From NCBI GenBank assembly GCA_033764955.1, contig JANRIL010000015.1:69918-133917 (forward strand): a DNA stretch of 64,000 nucleotides. Reading direction: 5' to 3'. The notes beneath the pieces were generated by a model. It was not told where the DNA came from. It was given only the letters and a program-made list of their open reading frames with translations, and did no database searches. Of this stretch, positions 1-10,336 are shown piece after piece. A program made the position numbers and the translations under genes. Positions within the stretch are counted from its first letter, which is position 1, and every line of letters starts with the position of its first letter. The DNA comes from Cyanobacteriota bacterium. GTDB taxonomy: Bacteria > Cyanobacteriota > Cyanobacteriia > Thermostichales > Thermostichaceae.

Positions 1-18
1 TGGCTGAATAGCCCCCCT

Positions 19-399
19 TTGCGGGTCAAGGATCTGCGGGGTCACGTGGTGGCTGTGCAGTTTTGGACACTGGGCTGCATCAATTGTCAGCGTACCCTCC
101 CCCACGTCACCCAGCTTGACCGAGACTATCGGGAGCAGGGATTGGTTGTGGTGGGAGTGCATACCCCCGAATTTCCTTACGAGCGAGATCTGGGCAATAT
201 CCGCGCCGCCATCGACCGCTATGGCATCGAGTATGCCGTGGCTGTGGATAATCAATTCAAAACCTGGCAAGCCTATCAAAACCGCTACTGGCCTCACCTG
301 TTCATCGCCGATCAAAAGGGGCAGATCGCCTTTCACCACATTGGGGAAGGGGCTTACGACGAGATGGAGCAGACGGTGCAAGCGTTGCTGAAGGGGTGA
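19..399 (+). CDS. Thioredoxin-like redoxin (DipZ C-terminal type); probably 5'-truncated by the window edge
   Basis: FWTLGCINC CxxC motif, GVHTPEF and YWP motifs; frame is open to the window start. Confidence 0.85.
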   Translation: MRVKDLRGHVVAVQFWTLGCINCQRTLPHVTQLDRDYREQGLVVVGVHTPEFPYERDLGNIRAAIDRYGIEYAVAVDNQFKTWQAYQNRYWPHLFIADQKGQIAFHHIGEGAYDEMEQTVQALLKG

Positions 400-1085
400 G
401 CACTATGTCACTGTTTGGGTTGGCTTGGCTAGCCGGGATCCTGACCGTTCTCTCCCCCTGTATCTTGCCGATTCTGCCGATTTTGCTGGGACGCTCCTTG
501 GTCTGTCATCCCTGTGGCCCTCTGGCGTTGGTGGCGGGGCTGGCCACTTCCTTTGCCGTGATGGGATCCCTGCTGGCGGTATCGGCGGAGTGGTTGGGAT
601 CCCTGAGCCATTTGATCCGGCAGGCAGCCATCCTCGGCTTCGTACTGCTGGGCTTAGCTGCTGCCTTGCCGCGAGTCAGTCAACCGATTCTGGAACGGGT
701 GGTTCCTCGAGGGTGGAGGCAGCCGATGGCGGGCGCTACGCTGTGGCAGGAGTTTGGCATCGGTATGCAGATGGGCATTGTTTGGATCCCTTGTGCGGGA
801 CCGGTTTTGGGATCCATCTTGACACTGGTGGTGGTCGAGCAGGCGGTCGCCAAAGGGTTTGGGGCGCTCTGGCTGTATGGGCTGGGGGCAGGGATCCCCA
901 TGCTGCTGATTGCCTATGGAGGGCGGGGGTTGAGCCAACGCCTGTCAACGATCTACCCCTATCTCGCCAGGTTGCAACAGGTGGGGGGAGTGGGGATCGC
1001 CTTGACCGGACTTGCCATTCTCTGCGGTTGGGATGTCGCCCTGCAATGGCGCTTAGCCGATTGGTTTCCTCCTTTACCCCTCTAA
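396..1085 (+). CDS. ccdA: Cytochrome c biogenesis CcdA/DsbD-beta family membrane protein
   Basis: LSPCILP and WIPCAGP redox Cys motifs; several TM helices; GTGA overlap with the redoxin. Confidence 0.85.
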   Translation: MSTMSLFGLAWLAGILTVLSPCILPILPILLGRSLVCHPCGPLALVAGLATSFAVMGSLLAVSAEWLGSLSHLIRQAAILGFVLLGLAAALPRVSQPILERVVPRGWRQPMAGATLWQEFGIGMQMGIVWIPCAGPVLGSILTLVVVEQAVAKGFGALWLYGLGAGIPMLLIAYGGRGLSQRLSTIYPYLARLQQVGGVGIALTGLAILCGWDVALQWRLADWFPPLPL

Positions 1086-1169
1086 TCGGGATCGGTCGCA
1101 ATCTCCCCAACCGAAACTATTCCCCCCAATTTTGCGATAGCCTCGTAATGCAATAGCCTCGTCAACAGT

Positions 1170-2069
1170 GTGACTGCTGTTCTGGAGTATCGCGTGAGAT
1201 CTGCCCATCCGTCCGGTTCAAACTTTCAGTGGCCCCAACTCTCCTGGTTCCCGTTTTTGGGGGGATCCCTGGTGTTGCTGCTCTTGTTGGGGGTGTTGCA
1301 ATGTTTGGTAGTGGTGCCCGCCGGGGCGCGGGTGGTGGTGTTTAACTCCCTGGCGGGTCTGAAACCGCAGCCCTTGGGGGAAGGCTTGCATCTGCTGTTG
1401 CCCGTGATTGAGACCCCTATTTACTACGATGTTCGCACCCAAACCTATACAATGGCCTCCCAACGGTCGGAAGGGTTGGTGGGAGACGATGCCCTGCGGG
1501 TTTTGAGCGCTGATGGACAACAAATCAGCCTGGATGTGTCGGTGCGGTTTCGTCTGGATCCCGATCAAGTGGCTCACCTGCACCAAACCATCGGGCAAAA
1601 CTATATCGACAAAGTGATTCGCCCGGAAGTCCGCACCGTTATGCGCAATGAACTGGCTTTGCACCGAGCGATTGCCGTGTTTTCCGATGAACGGGAACAA
1701 ATTCAGGACAACGTGGAGCACCAACTGGCTGAGATCTTTGCTGAGAATGATTTGATTCTGCAAAACGTGCTTCTCAGAAATGTCCGATTCTCCGAACAAT
1801 TCCAGACCGCCATCGAACAAAAACAAATTGCCGAACAAGAAAAAGAACGGGAACGCTTTCTCGTAGACAAAGCCCAACTGGAAAAACAACGCACGATTAT
1901 CCTGGCGGAAGGAGAAGCCAAAGCCATTCAGTTGCAGGGGGATGCCCTCAAACAAAACCCCGAAGTGGTGCAGCTAGACTATGTGCGTAAGCTGGCTCCC
2001 GGCACCCGCGCCATTCTGAGTAGCCCCGATAGCCTGTCCCGTCCCGCCAAGGGATCCCCTTTCAAATAG
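1170..2069 (+). CDS. Prohibitin / SPFH (band 7) protein
   Basis: N-terminal TM, EGLH, LLRNV, AIEQKQIAEQE, AEGEA motifs. Confidence 0.9.
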   Translation: MTAVLEYRVRSAHPSGSNFQWPQLSWFPFLGGSLVLLLLLGVLQCLVVVPAGARVVVFNSLAGLKPQPLGEGLHLLLPVIETPIYYDVRTQTYTMASQRSEGLVGDDALRVLSADGQQISLDVSVRFRLDPDQVAHLHQTIGQNYIDKVIRPEVRTVMRNELALHRAIAVFSDEREQIQDNVEHQLAEIFAENDLILQNVLLRNVRFSEQFQTAIEQKQIAEQEKERERFLVDKAQLEKQRTIILAEGEAKAIQLQGDALKQNPEVVQLDYVRKLAPGTRAILSSPDSLSRPAKGSPFK

Positions 2070-2119
2070 GTCACATTGGCTCAGCCGCCTCACCTGGCTC
2101 TATTGGGAGCTGTTTCCCC

Positions 2120-2803
2120 ATGTCTCAGCTTGATCACATCCCTGAGCGGATCGCCCACCTGCGTAGCCGGATCCCACCCCACGTGGAAATCATGGCTGTT
2201 AGCAAGGGATATTCTGCCGAACATATTCGCGTTGCCTATCAAGCGGGCATTCGCCACTTTGGAGAAAGCCGAGTTCAAGAGGCCAGTCTCAAACAAAGCC
2301 AAGTCCAAGACCTCGACATCATCTGGCATTTAATCGGGCATCTCCAAACCAACAAAGTGAGCGCGGCTCTCTCCCTGTTTGATTGGATTGATAGCGTCGA
2401 TAGCCTCAAACTGGCGCAACTACTCCACCAACGACTCCTGACCAGCCCCCGTACCCCCCAACTCTGCCTGCAAATGAAGCTGGCTCCGGATCCCCAAAAA
2501 TATGGTTGGACGGTTCCCGAATTGCTGCAAACTCTACCCCAACTCATGCCACTGACCCGTCTCTCGATTCGAGGCTTGATGAGCATTTTGCCCTTGGGCT
2601 TAAGCGACCCCCAGATCCTCAGCCTTTTTCAAAAACTTCCCCAATTGGCTAACCACCTCAGATCGATTAACGAAAGCTACTTCGATATCCAGGTGCTTTC
2701 TATGGGCATGTCGGGGGATTATCCGCTAGCCATTGCTGCCGGAGCTAACCTGATTCGCTTGGGTCGTTTCCTATTTGCCGATCCATTACCTACGCCTGAT
2801 TAG
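2120..2803 (+). CDS. pipY: YggS/PipY PLP-binding protein
   Basis: AVSK, FGESRVQE, WHLIGHLQTNK, LSMGMSGDY; precedes sepF-proC. Confidence 0.93.
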   Translation: MSQLDHIPERIAHLRSRIPPHVEIMAVSKGYSAEHIRVAYQAGIRHFGESRVQEASLKQSQVQDLDIIWHLIGHLQTNKVSAALSLFDWIDSVDSLKLAQLLHQRLLTSPRTPQLCLQMKLAPDPQKYGWTVPELLQTLPQLMPLTRLSIRGLMSILPLGLSDPQILSLFQKLPQLANHLRSINESYFDIQVLSMGMSGDYPLAIAAGANLIRLGRFLFADPLPTPD

Positions 2804-3352
2804 CCTACCGAGCATCACCCTATGGATCCTCAAAAAATCGGCCTGGGGGAGGGAAAGCTATGTTATGGCTTGTTGACAAATCGGCCAGCAAAACCCAGAG
2901 GCAGCTTCGTAATTGATCTTAAAAAAACCTAAAGACTTGACCGAGCCACAGGTGCAGAAGTGTGGGTTTTTCGGTGCTTTGCTACTGTTTTTGCTAAGAA
3001 ATTGTGCTTTAGATTACTCAAAATTCTCAAGACAGATAGCGACTTTCGGGGATCGACAGAAATCCAAACTGAGATCGTGACTTTACCAAAAACTTCCGGT
3101 ATGATGAGCCGTAATTGACCTGAATTTATTAAACAAACCTAAAGATTCAGATCAAGTGATAAGAGGGTGACAATTTTCCTTGGCATAGGTAAACTCTACT
3201 GGAGTTTGCAAGCTTGAGATCCGTCATGCCAACCTACCTCTTCTCGGTGGGATCCCAAGGTATGACAAACCTCCTCAAGCATAAGGTGGCAAACCCTGAC
3301 CAAAACATGCCGTGACTTGAGTGTCGAGTTGATCTTTGTGAGGACATCGCCA

Positions 3353-4018
3353 ATGAGTGGACTGTGGGGTAGAGTGAAGGACTTTGTGGGTTGGACGGAT
3401 CCCGTAGATGGCTTAGAAGACTATTCTGAGATGGCGGATCAAGAGGATTATCAATCCCTGTTTGAGCAGAGCAAGCGTCATCCTCAAGCCTCGCAGGCTG
3501 CCATGTCCTCAGAAGGGGCCGAAGAGCCTGCCTCTGATTATGGCCAAGGAATGGGGACTCGCCCACGTCGGCAGCGGTCAACAGAATGGTCAGAAGCTAC
3601 GCATCGACGCACAAATCGGGAACGCTCTCTAGGTAACAACATGGCTAGCAATGTTATTGGGTTGCCCAGTGTCAACTCGGCCACCAGCGAAGTAGTGGTG
3701 ATGGATCCCCGCAGCTTTGATGAGATGGCGCAGGTCGTACAAAATCTGCGAGATCGCAAAACGGTGATCATGAACCTCACCCTGATGGATCCGGCTGATG
3801 CCCAGCGCTCCGTTGACTTTGTGGCGGGGGGAACCTACGCCATTGATGGCCACCAAGAGCGGATCGGCGAGAATATCTTTCTGTTTACGCCCAGCACGGT
3901 AGCGGTTACCACCTCCTCTAGCTATGGGGCGCAGCCAACCCAACGCACCATGCCCAGCCCTACCTCCATCTGGTCAGCGGTAGCCTATGATCCGGTTCAT
4001 GCTGTTGGTCAGCGCTAA
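3353..4018 (+). CDS. sepF: Cell division protein SepF (ATG 3353 preferred over TTG 3317)
   Basis: C-terminal [31 protein letters not shown]. Confidence 0.93.
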   Translation: MSGLWGRVKDFVGWTDPVDGLEDYSEMADQEDYQSLFEQSKRHPQASQAAMSSEGAEEPASDYGQGMGTRPRRQRSTEWSEATHRRTNRERSLGNNMASNVIGLPSVNSATSEVVVMDPRSFDEMAQVVQNLRDRKTVIMNLTLMDPADAQRSVDFVAGGTYAIDGHQERIGENIFLFTPSTVAVTTSSSYGAQPTQRTMPSPTSIWSAVAYDPVHAVGQR

Positions 4019-4033
4019 CCAAGGCAAACAAGC

Positions 4034-4858
4034 GTGACTTCTCTTTTGGGATCCCTTAGTCTAGCCGTGATTGGTGGTGGCGCTATGGGGTCAGCTCTCC
4101 TGAGAGGGCTGGCCAAGCGCCGCGTCTATCCCCCTGAGGCTGTGGGGGTGAGTGAGCCGGATGAAAGCCGTGCCCAAGCACTAGGGGAGGAGCTAGGGAT
4201 CCAGACCCTGCCCAGCAATGTTGAGGCGGCTACAGCCAGAATCATTCTCTTGGCGGTTAAGCCCCAGGTTTTTCCCTTTGTGGTTAATCAGATTGGTGGC
4301 GTACTGTCGGCTGAGCTAGTGATTTCAATGATGGCGGGCATCACGCTTGCAGATTTGGAATCCGCTTTTCCTGGTAAAGGGGTAGTGCGAACCATGCCCA
4401 ACACCCCAGCCTTGGTGGGATCCGGTATCACGGCCATCTCCTACGGACACCTCGTTTCCTCCACGCAAGCGGCGGAAGTCGAAGAACTTTTTCGGGCAGT
4501 CGGCTCGGTCATTACTGTAGCCGAGAGTCAGATGGACGCTGTGACTGCTCTCTCTGGTTCTGGCCCTGGCTACTTTGCGGTCATTCTAGAAGCCATGATT
4601 GATGGGGGGGTGCAGGCGGGCTTGGCACGTTCTGTGGCGACCCAGTTAGCCCTGCAGACGATGTTGGGAACGGCCACCTTGTTACAGCAAGAGAATCTCC
4701 ATCCAGCCCTCCTCAAAGATCGAGTCACCAGCCCAGGGGGCACTACCATCGCTGGGATCACGGTGTTGGAGCAAGCAGGCTTGCGAGGGATCCTGATCAG
4801 TGCCCTACAAGCGGCACAAGAACGATCTCGCCAATTGCGAATCGCTTCCTCCAGTTAG
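4034..4858 (+). CDS. proC: Pyrroline-5-carboxylate reductase
   Basis: GGGAMG, LAVKPQ, MPNTP, SGSGP, VTSPGGTT. Confidence 0.96.
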   Translation: MTSLLGSLSLAVIGGGAMGSALLRGLAKRRVYPPEAVGVSEPDESRAQALGEELGIQTLPSNVEAATARIILLAVKPQVFPFVVNQIGGVLSAELVISMMAGITLADLESAFPGKGVVRTMPNTPALVGSGITAISYGHLVSSTQAAEVEELFRAVGSVITVAESQMDAVTALSGSGPGYFAVILEAMIDGGVQAGLARSVATQLALQTMLGTATLLQQENLHPALLKDRVTSPGGTTIAGITVLEQAGLRGILISALQAAQERSRQLRIASSS

Positions 4859-4918
4859 GATCGAGCGATGATCAAAGCTGAAAAGGTCAAAGCTGAAAAG
4901 TTTCTCCTCGGCTTACTG

Positions 4919-5833
4919 TTAGCTGAGAAACTCTAGTAACAGGCGATTGACGGTTTGGGGTGCTTCCTGCTGTGCCCAATGCCCACATTCAGGGATATAT
5001 TCTTTGCGAATGGAGTTAGCAAAAAAACTATCCATACCCTCCGTTAATTCACGAGATAGGGCGAAGTCTTCCTCTCCCCAAATCAACAGGGTAGGAGCAA
5101 AAATCTGCCGCATGGGTTCTAAAAAGAGGCTTTGTAGAGTAGGTAAATTAAATAATTGTCGATAATAATTAATCGCAGAGGTTAATACTTTGGGTTTGGC
5201 TAAAGCAGCTTGATAAATCTTGAGATCTTGACTCGTAAAAGCGCCCTTTCGCACGGATGTATCTTGAAAAATCCGCTTGACCCAGTCCTGTAGATCCCTT
5301 TGCAGTAACCATTCTGGCATATAAGGCACCTGAAAAAATAACATATACCAACTGCGACGAATTTGATCCCAATTGCTGAGAAACTCTCGGCGGAAGCAAG
5401 CCGGATGGGGGGAATTAAGAACGGCTAGCTTGCGAATTTGTTGGGGGAATAATTGTGCCCAATGCCAAGCAATAGCACCTCCCCAGTCATGAGCCACCAC
5501 CGAAGCCGTTTGACAGCCAAAATGGTCTAAAAGCCCTCGAATATCGTTGGTGAGCGTATCCAAGTCATAGCCAGAATCCGGCTTGTCCGAATCGTTGTAA
5601 CCCCGCAGATCCGGAGCCACCACCCGAAAGCGGGTGGCGAGGGTGGGCAACTGATACCGCCAGGAATACCAAAACTCAGGAAATCCATGCAGGAGGATGA
5701 CCAAGTCACCCGTGCCCTGTGTCACGTAGTGCAGTTGAATGCCATTGCTCTGGGCATAACCATGTTGCCAGGATCCGATGGTTGCCTCCAGAATGGTTGT
5801 CTCCGGATCCGGTGAAGAGGGGATTTGAGCCAT
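4919..5833 (-). CDS. Alpha/beta hydrolase, epoxide-hydrolase-like
   Basis: LHGFPEFWYSW, HDWGG nucleophile Asp, GHW. Confidence 0.9.
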   Translation of the reverse strand: MAQIPSSPDPETTILEATIGSWQHGYAQSNGIQLHYVTQGTGDLVILLHGFPEFWYSWRYQLPTLATRFRVVAPDLRGYNDSDKPDSGYDLDTLTNDIRGLLDHFGCQTASVVAHDWGGAIAWHWAQLFPQQIRKLAVLNSPHPACFRREFLSNWDQIRRSWYMLFFQVPYMPEWLLQRDLQDWVKRIFQDTSVRKGAFTSQDLKIYQAALAKPKVLTSAINYYRQLFNLPTLQSLFLEPMRQIFAPTLLIWGEEDFALSRELTEGMDSFFANSIRKEYIPECGHWAQQEAPQTVNRLLLEFLS

Positions 5834-5987
5834 GAGATATTAACGGAGTCACCAAAAATATTCGTGTTCAAATATACTAACCAAAGGATGGCGGTTGCGG
5901 CTGTGGGTTTGGTTATTGGCTTGCCGATTAAGCTTCTGTCATTGGCATCTGTTTTGCATTAGTCATGTTTGCATTTGTCATTGAGCT

Positions 5988-6920
5988 GTGATTGCCTCAT
6001 TTCCCCCACCACTGTCCATAACGATTCTCGGATCCGGAGCTTGGGGATCCACTCTTTATGAGTTGGCAGTAGCGCAGGGGCATCGGGTCAGCCTGTGGGG
6101 TCGTCGCCGTGGGGATCCCTTGGGGGCAGCGGTGGCCGGAGCGGATCTGATCGTTTCAGCCGTGTCGATGGTTGGGGTGCCGTCTTTGGTCAACCAATTG
6201 CAATCGATGGACATTCCCCCCCAGAGCATTGTAGTCACCACAACCAAAGGGTTAGATGCCGTTAGCCTGATGACCCCCGCCCAGATCTGGCAACAAGCCT
6301 TCCCCAAACAAGCGATAGTGGTGCTGTCTGGCCCCAACCTCTCCAAAGAAATTCAGCAAGGATTACCCACCGCCACCGTTGTAGCCAGTAGCGTCTCTGC
6401 CGCCGCCGTCACGGTGCAACAGGCTTTTTCCTCAGAGCGGTTTCGTGTCTATACCAGCCAGGATCCCTTAGGGGTAGAGCTAGGGGGAACCCTGAAAAAC
6501 GTGATTGCCATCGCGGTGGGGGTATGTGATGGATTGCACCTGGGAGCCAATGCCAAAGCAGCTCTCACCACCCGTGGATTGGCGGAGATCATTCGGATCG
6601 GTACTTGCTTGGGAGCCAAGCCCGAAACCTTTAGCGGCTTATCAGGGGTGGGAGATCTGCTAGCCACCTGTCACAGTCCCCTCAGCCGCAATTATCAAGT
6701 GGGCTATGGGTTGGGGCAGGGCAAAAGCCTGGAACAAATTTTGGCCGATTTGGAAGGTACTGCCGAAGGCATCAACACAACCCGAGTTTTGGTGAGACTG
6801 GCTGAGCAGTTCGGGATCCCTGTGCCCATTTCCCAACAGGTTTATGCCGTTTTGCAGGGGGATGTTACCCCTCAGTCCGCCCTAGAGACCCTGATGGAAC
6901 GAGCCGTCAAACCCGAATAA
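5988..6920 (+). CDS. gpsA: NAD(P)H-dependent glycerol-3-phosphate dehydrogenase
   Basis: GSGAWG, LSGPNL, GGTLKNVIAI, GDLLATC-SRNY. Confidence 0.95.
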   Translation: MIASFPPPLSITILGSGAWGSTLYELAVAQGHRVSLWGRRRGDPLGAAVAGADLIVSAVSMVGVPSLVNQLQSMDIPPQSIVVTTTKGLDAVSLMTPAQIWQQAFPKQAIVVLSGPNLSKEIQQGLPTATVVASSVSAAAVTVQQAFSSERFRVYTSQDPLGVELGGTLKNVIAIAVGVCDGLHLGANAKAALTTRGLAEIIRIGTCLGAKPETFSGLSGVGDLLATCHSPLSRNYQVGYGLGQGKSLEQILADLEGTAEGINTTRVLVRLAEQFGIPVPISQQVYAVLQGDVTPQSALETLMERAVKPE

Positions 6921-7068
6921 GCTGTGCCAGACTGGCTAGATGTTGAGCCTTTCTGAGATTGAGCGATTTGGCTGAAGTTTTTTTGTAATAACTCGAATTA
7001 AATTAAATCATCCCTCCCATCAGTTGGCTAGCCAACCCAGAGGGAAGCAAACCCTCAGGGCGATTGAG

Positions 7069-7473
7069 ATGGCAACAATCCTAGTGATCGAGGACGAAAA
7101 ACCCATTCGCACCTATGTCTCTAAAATCCTTGAGGCAGAGGGTCATGCGGCTATCTGTGCCGAAAATGGTGAGGATGGACTGGATCTAGTCAAGCAGTGT
7201 CAGCCGGATCTGGTGCTGTGTGATCTGGTCATGCCCAAGCTGAATGGCTATGGTGTTCTGGATGCCTTAAAGCGGGATCAGAACACGGCTGGGATCCCTT
7301 TTGTTTTTTTGTCTAGCAAATGTTCCGAAGAAGACATTCGCCAAGGAATGGCGATGGGATCCGATGATTATTTGTCAAAACCCGTCGAAAAAAACAATTT
7401 GCTAGCGGCAGTGGCGGCTCAATTGCAGCGCATCACTGCTCCCGGTCAACGTGATGTGGCTTATGCCTCCTGA
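7069..7473 (+). CDS. Single-domain response regulator (receiver only)
   Basis: ILVIED, CDLVMP, FLSS, LSKP; ATG at 7069. Confidence 0.88.
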   Translation: MATILVIEDEKPIRTYVSKILEAEGHAAICAENGEDGLDLVKQCQPDLVLCDLVMPKLNGYGVLDALKRDQNTAGIPFVFLSSKCSEEDIRQGMAMGSDDYLSKPVEKNNLLAAVAAQLQRITAPGQRDVAYAS

Positions 7474-7503
7474 AGGGTGGGACAGGCGGATTCCATTTCA
7501 TCG

Positions 7504-8130
7504 CTAATCCTGGCAAGGGCTGCAACTTTCCCCCAGCGTTACCAATTGTTCCCGTAGCGCCGCCAAAGCACGACCGCGATGACTGACCTGCCTTTTTTGC
7601 TCCACCGACATTTCTGCAAACGTCAATCCCAGGTGGGGATCCCAAAAAATGGGGTCATATCCAAAACCTGCTTCTCCCCGAGGAGCGGGCAAAATCTCCC
7701 CACGGCACCGTCCCTCCGCTAAAGCCATGATTTCTCCGGCAGGATTGCTGAGGGCAATCGCGCAAGCAAACATGGCATGGCGATTGATGGATCCCTGCTG
7801 GGTTTCGATGGCAGCTAATTCGCTTAAAACCCTGGCAATCCGCTCACCATCACTGGGAGCATAGCGAGCCGAATACACCCCCGGCGCTCCTTTCAAGGCG
7901 ACCACGGCTAGCCCTGAATCATCCGCCAAGGCCCAGGATCCGGTGGCTAAAGCCACCCCGCGAGCTTTTAGTTCTGCATTCTCCCGAAAGGTTTTGCCGG
8001 TTTCTTCAATCTCCACATCCGCAGGCTTCAGTTGCAACTGCCAACCCGATGGCGTAGGCAAGCTGGCGAAAAACTCTTGAAATTCTCGCAGCTTGCCACG
8101 ATTGCCACTGGCTAAGATCAAAGGGGTCAT
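7504..8130 (-). CDS. rdgB: Non-canonical purine NTP pyrophosphatase (RdgB/HAM1)
   Basis: ASGNRGK, ADDSGL, PGVYSARY, GFGYDP, SHRGRA. Confidence 0.95.
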   Translation of the reverse strand: MTPLILASGNRGKLREFQEFFASLPTPSGWQLQLKPADVEIEETGKTFRENAELKARGVALATGSWALADDSGLAVVALKGAPGVYSARYAPSDGERIARVLSELAAIETQQGSINRHAMFACAIALSNPAGEIMALAEGRCRGEILPAPRGEAGFGYDPIFWDPHLGLTFAEMSVEQKRQVSHRGRALAALREQLVTLGESCSPCQD

Positions 8131-8208
8131 GGGTTTTCGGGGTAAGTAAGGGATTTTTTAGCGTTACCATCAGAGTTACTATCTAGAGACAGTCCAGTCC
8201 TGGCAGCC

Positions 8209-9162
8209 ATGAATATTGCCGAGAATATCACGCAACTGATCGGTCGTACTCCATTGGTACAACTGAATCGGATCCCGCAATCAGAGGGATGTCAGGCACG
8301 TATTCTGGTGAAGCTGGAGAGTTTTAACCCTGCTGCTTCCGTCAAAGATCGGATTGCCGTCAGTATGATCGACGCTGCCGAAAAAGCAGGCAAGATTGTC
8401 CCAGGAAAAACAATTTTGGTGGAACCCACCTCCGGCAATACTGGCATTGGATTGGCGATGGCCGCCGCCGCCCGTGGATATCGTTTGATTATCACGATGC
8501 CAGAAACCATGAGTATGGAACGGCGGCTGTTGCTGAAAGCTTATGGGGCTGAGGTGCATCTCGCTAGTGGTTCAGGCGGCATGGGGGAGGCCATTTGGAA
8601 AGCCGAGGAAATCGTGCGGCGGACTCCCGATGCCTATATGTTGGGACAGTTTAGCAATCCAGCTAACCCTCAAATTCATCACGAAACCACTGGCCCTGAA
8701 ATTTGGCAAGACACCGAGGGAAAAGTTGATATTTTTGTGGCGGGTGTGGGCACCGGAGGGACAATTACCGGAGTTGGCAGCTATCTCAAGCGGCAAAATC
8801 CCAACATTCAGATTGTGGCGGTGGAACCTGCAAGTAGCGCGGTTTTGAGTGGGCGGCGTCCGGGATCCCATCGCATTGAAGGGATTGGGGCAGGGTTTAT
8901 TCCTGATGTTTTGCGGCGAGATTTAATTGATCAGGTGATAGCTATTGATGACGAAACCAGTATGGTTTTTAGCCGTCGCCTTGCCAAAGAAGAAGGGATC
9001 CTTTCGGGAATCTCCACCGGAGCTGCCCTAGCTGCTGCCATCGATCTCGGATCCCGCCCTGAAAATGCTCATAAGTGGATTGTTTTTGTCCAGCCCAGTT
9101 TTGGGGAGCGCTATTTGAGTACACCTCTTTTTCGAGATTTAGAAACGATCCCCAACCCATAG
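8209..9162 (+). CDS. cysK: Cysteine synthase A
   Basis: [28 protein letters not shown]. Confidence 0.95.
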   Translation: MNIAENITQLIGRTPLVQLNRIPQSEGCQARILVKLESFNPAASVKDRIAVSMIDAAEKAGKIVPGKTILVEPTSGNTGIGLAMAAAARGYRLIITMPETMSMERRLLLKAYGAEVHLASGSGGMGEAIWKAEEIVRRTPDAYMLGQFSNPANPQIHHETTGPEIWQDTEGKVDIFVAGVGTGGTITGVGSYLKRQNPNIQIVAVEPASSAVLSGRRPGSHRIEGIGAGFIPDVLRRDLIDQVIAIDDETSMVFSRRLAKEEGILSGISTGAALAAAIDLGSRPENAHKWIVFVQPSFGERYLSTPLFRDLETIPNP

Positions 9163-9184
9163 ATCATCCATCCACTGTAGGGAG

Positions 9185-9272
9185 TGTTATCGTTGCCCAT
9201 CACCCGCCGCCGATCAACTCTCGGACTCAACCAGTAACCTTTGAACGGTCGGGTGCATGGGCGTTGTTATAC
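9185..9272 (-). mobile_element. Integron attC site; R' box reads GAT instead of GTT
   Basis: Minus strand: GTATAAC-aac-GCCCAT(G)CACCCG...CGGGTGATGGGC-aac-GATAACA. Imperfect inverted repeat with an extrahelical G, starting 27 nt after the SnoaL stop. Confidence 0.8.
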
Positions 9273-9299
9273 GGCGTTTACATAGTTAACTATCTCGCC

Positions 9300-9707
9300 C
9301 TAAACTTTCTCAGTTATTTGCTTCCACAAGCGATCAAAGTCTATTTCATCCCAACACTCCGCAATTTTGCCATCCTGGATTCTGTAGATAACAATTCCGG
9401 TAAACTCTACTTTCCGATTAGTAGGAGAGATACCATGAAATTCTTTTCTATGGGTTCCTCTTGTCGTAACACGAAGTACAACTCTGTCATTTTCAGCGAT
9501 CATGTCTTCCACTGAATAATGAGAGTCGGGAAACGCTTCTACGAATGCCAACTCCAATTGCTGAAGCTCGTGAAAATCAATCACGCCGTCCCTACTACGC
9601 CCAACAAAATCCAAAGAGATATAATCTTCAAAGCCATTGGAAAACCCATTATTGGCATTAGCAATCCAATCTCTTATGAGATTTCTATTGATCTCTTGAT
9701 TCGTCAT
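9300..9707 (-). CDS. SnoaL-like / ester cyclase (NTF2 fold)
   Basis: AFPD, AENDRVVLR, GTH, GISPTNRKV, DGKIAECW. Confidence 0.88.
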   Translation of the reverse strand: MTNQEINRNLIRDWIANANNGFSNGFEDYISLDFVGRSRDGVIDFHELQQLELAFVEAFPDSHYSVEDMIAENDRVVLRVTTRGTHRKEFHGISPTNRKVEFTGIVIYRIQDGKIAECWDEIDFDRLWKQITEKV

Positions 9708-9733
9708 CGGTTCATTCCAATCAAATAAGAAAA

Positions 9734-10180
9734 CTATATTCTAGACGGTTCAACCATTTGAATACCATGCTTCTCAAGAATTGCAGGCATCTTGGTTAGA
9801 TCGCCAGGTAAATCTTTGATTTTCTCTGACATTTCAATGAAAAAATCGTCAATTTTACCTCCGACTGCCCATGCAAGAAACTTGACAGATTGATTGGAAT
9901 TGTTTTTGTAACCATGGGTTGTTCTAGCAGGCACATACACAAAGTCACCAGGCTTGATCATAAACTCTCCACCATCCAGATACATGATCATTGAGCCTTC
10001 TAGCATATAGTAGCTTTCCTCTTCTTTGGCATGAGTATGTGGAGGAACGAAACCGTTTGGAGGAACATCGACAGTCATAACTGCCATACTATTGAGTGTG
10101 TGCGTGGACTTTAATTTGATGCACACCCTATCACTCAAAACTTGTAGGCTTTGACCTTCTTCACCTTTCAGTACCATCAT
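9734..10180 (-). CDS. Cupin domain protein (ATG 10180 after an AGAGG RBS preferred)
   Basis: PPHTHAKEEESYYMLEG and GDFVYVPARTTHGY cupin motifs. Confidence 0.88.
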   Translation of the reverse strand: MMVLKGEEGQSLQVLSDRVCIKLKSTHTLNSMAVMTVDVPPNGFVPPHTHAKEEESYYMLEGSMIMYLDGGEFMIKPGDFVYVPARTTHGYKNNSNQSVKFLAWAVGGKIDDFFIEMSEKIKDLPGDLTKMPAILEKHGIQMVEPSRI

Positions 10181-10336
10181 ATTTTTGTTCCTCTCTGGAG
10201 CTAACACATAGAGGTACGTATGAACAGTTCGCTTGGATCTCCGGGTTCAAAAGTTTTGACCGATCTAGCCGTATAACAATCGGCTGTCCCCTGCCCTGGT
10301 TTTTGGCCTGCCGATCAGCAAGGTTTTCCTAGATAG

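Larger units (their letters stand above)
9191..10276 (-). mobile_element. Two-gene integron-type gene cassette (cupin + SnoaL-like), no integrase in the window
   Basis: Begins G/TTATACGGC (10277-10268), the exact reverse complement of GCCGTATAAC at the attC start (9275-9266). AT-rich and lacks GGGATCCC. Confidence 0.78.
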
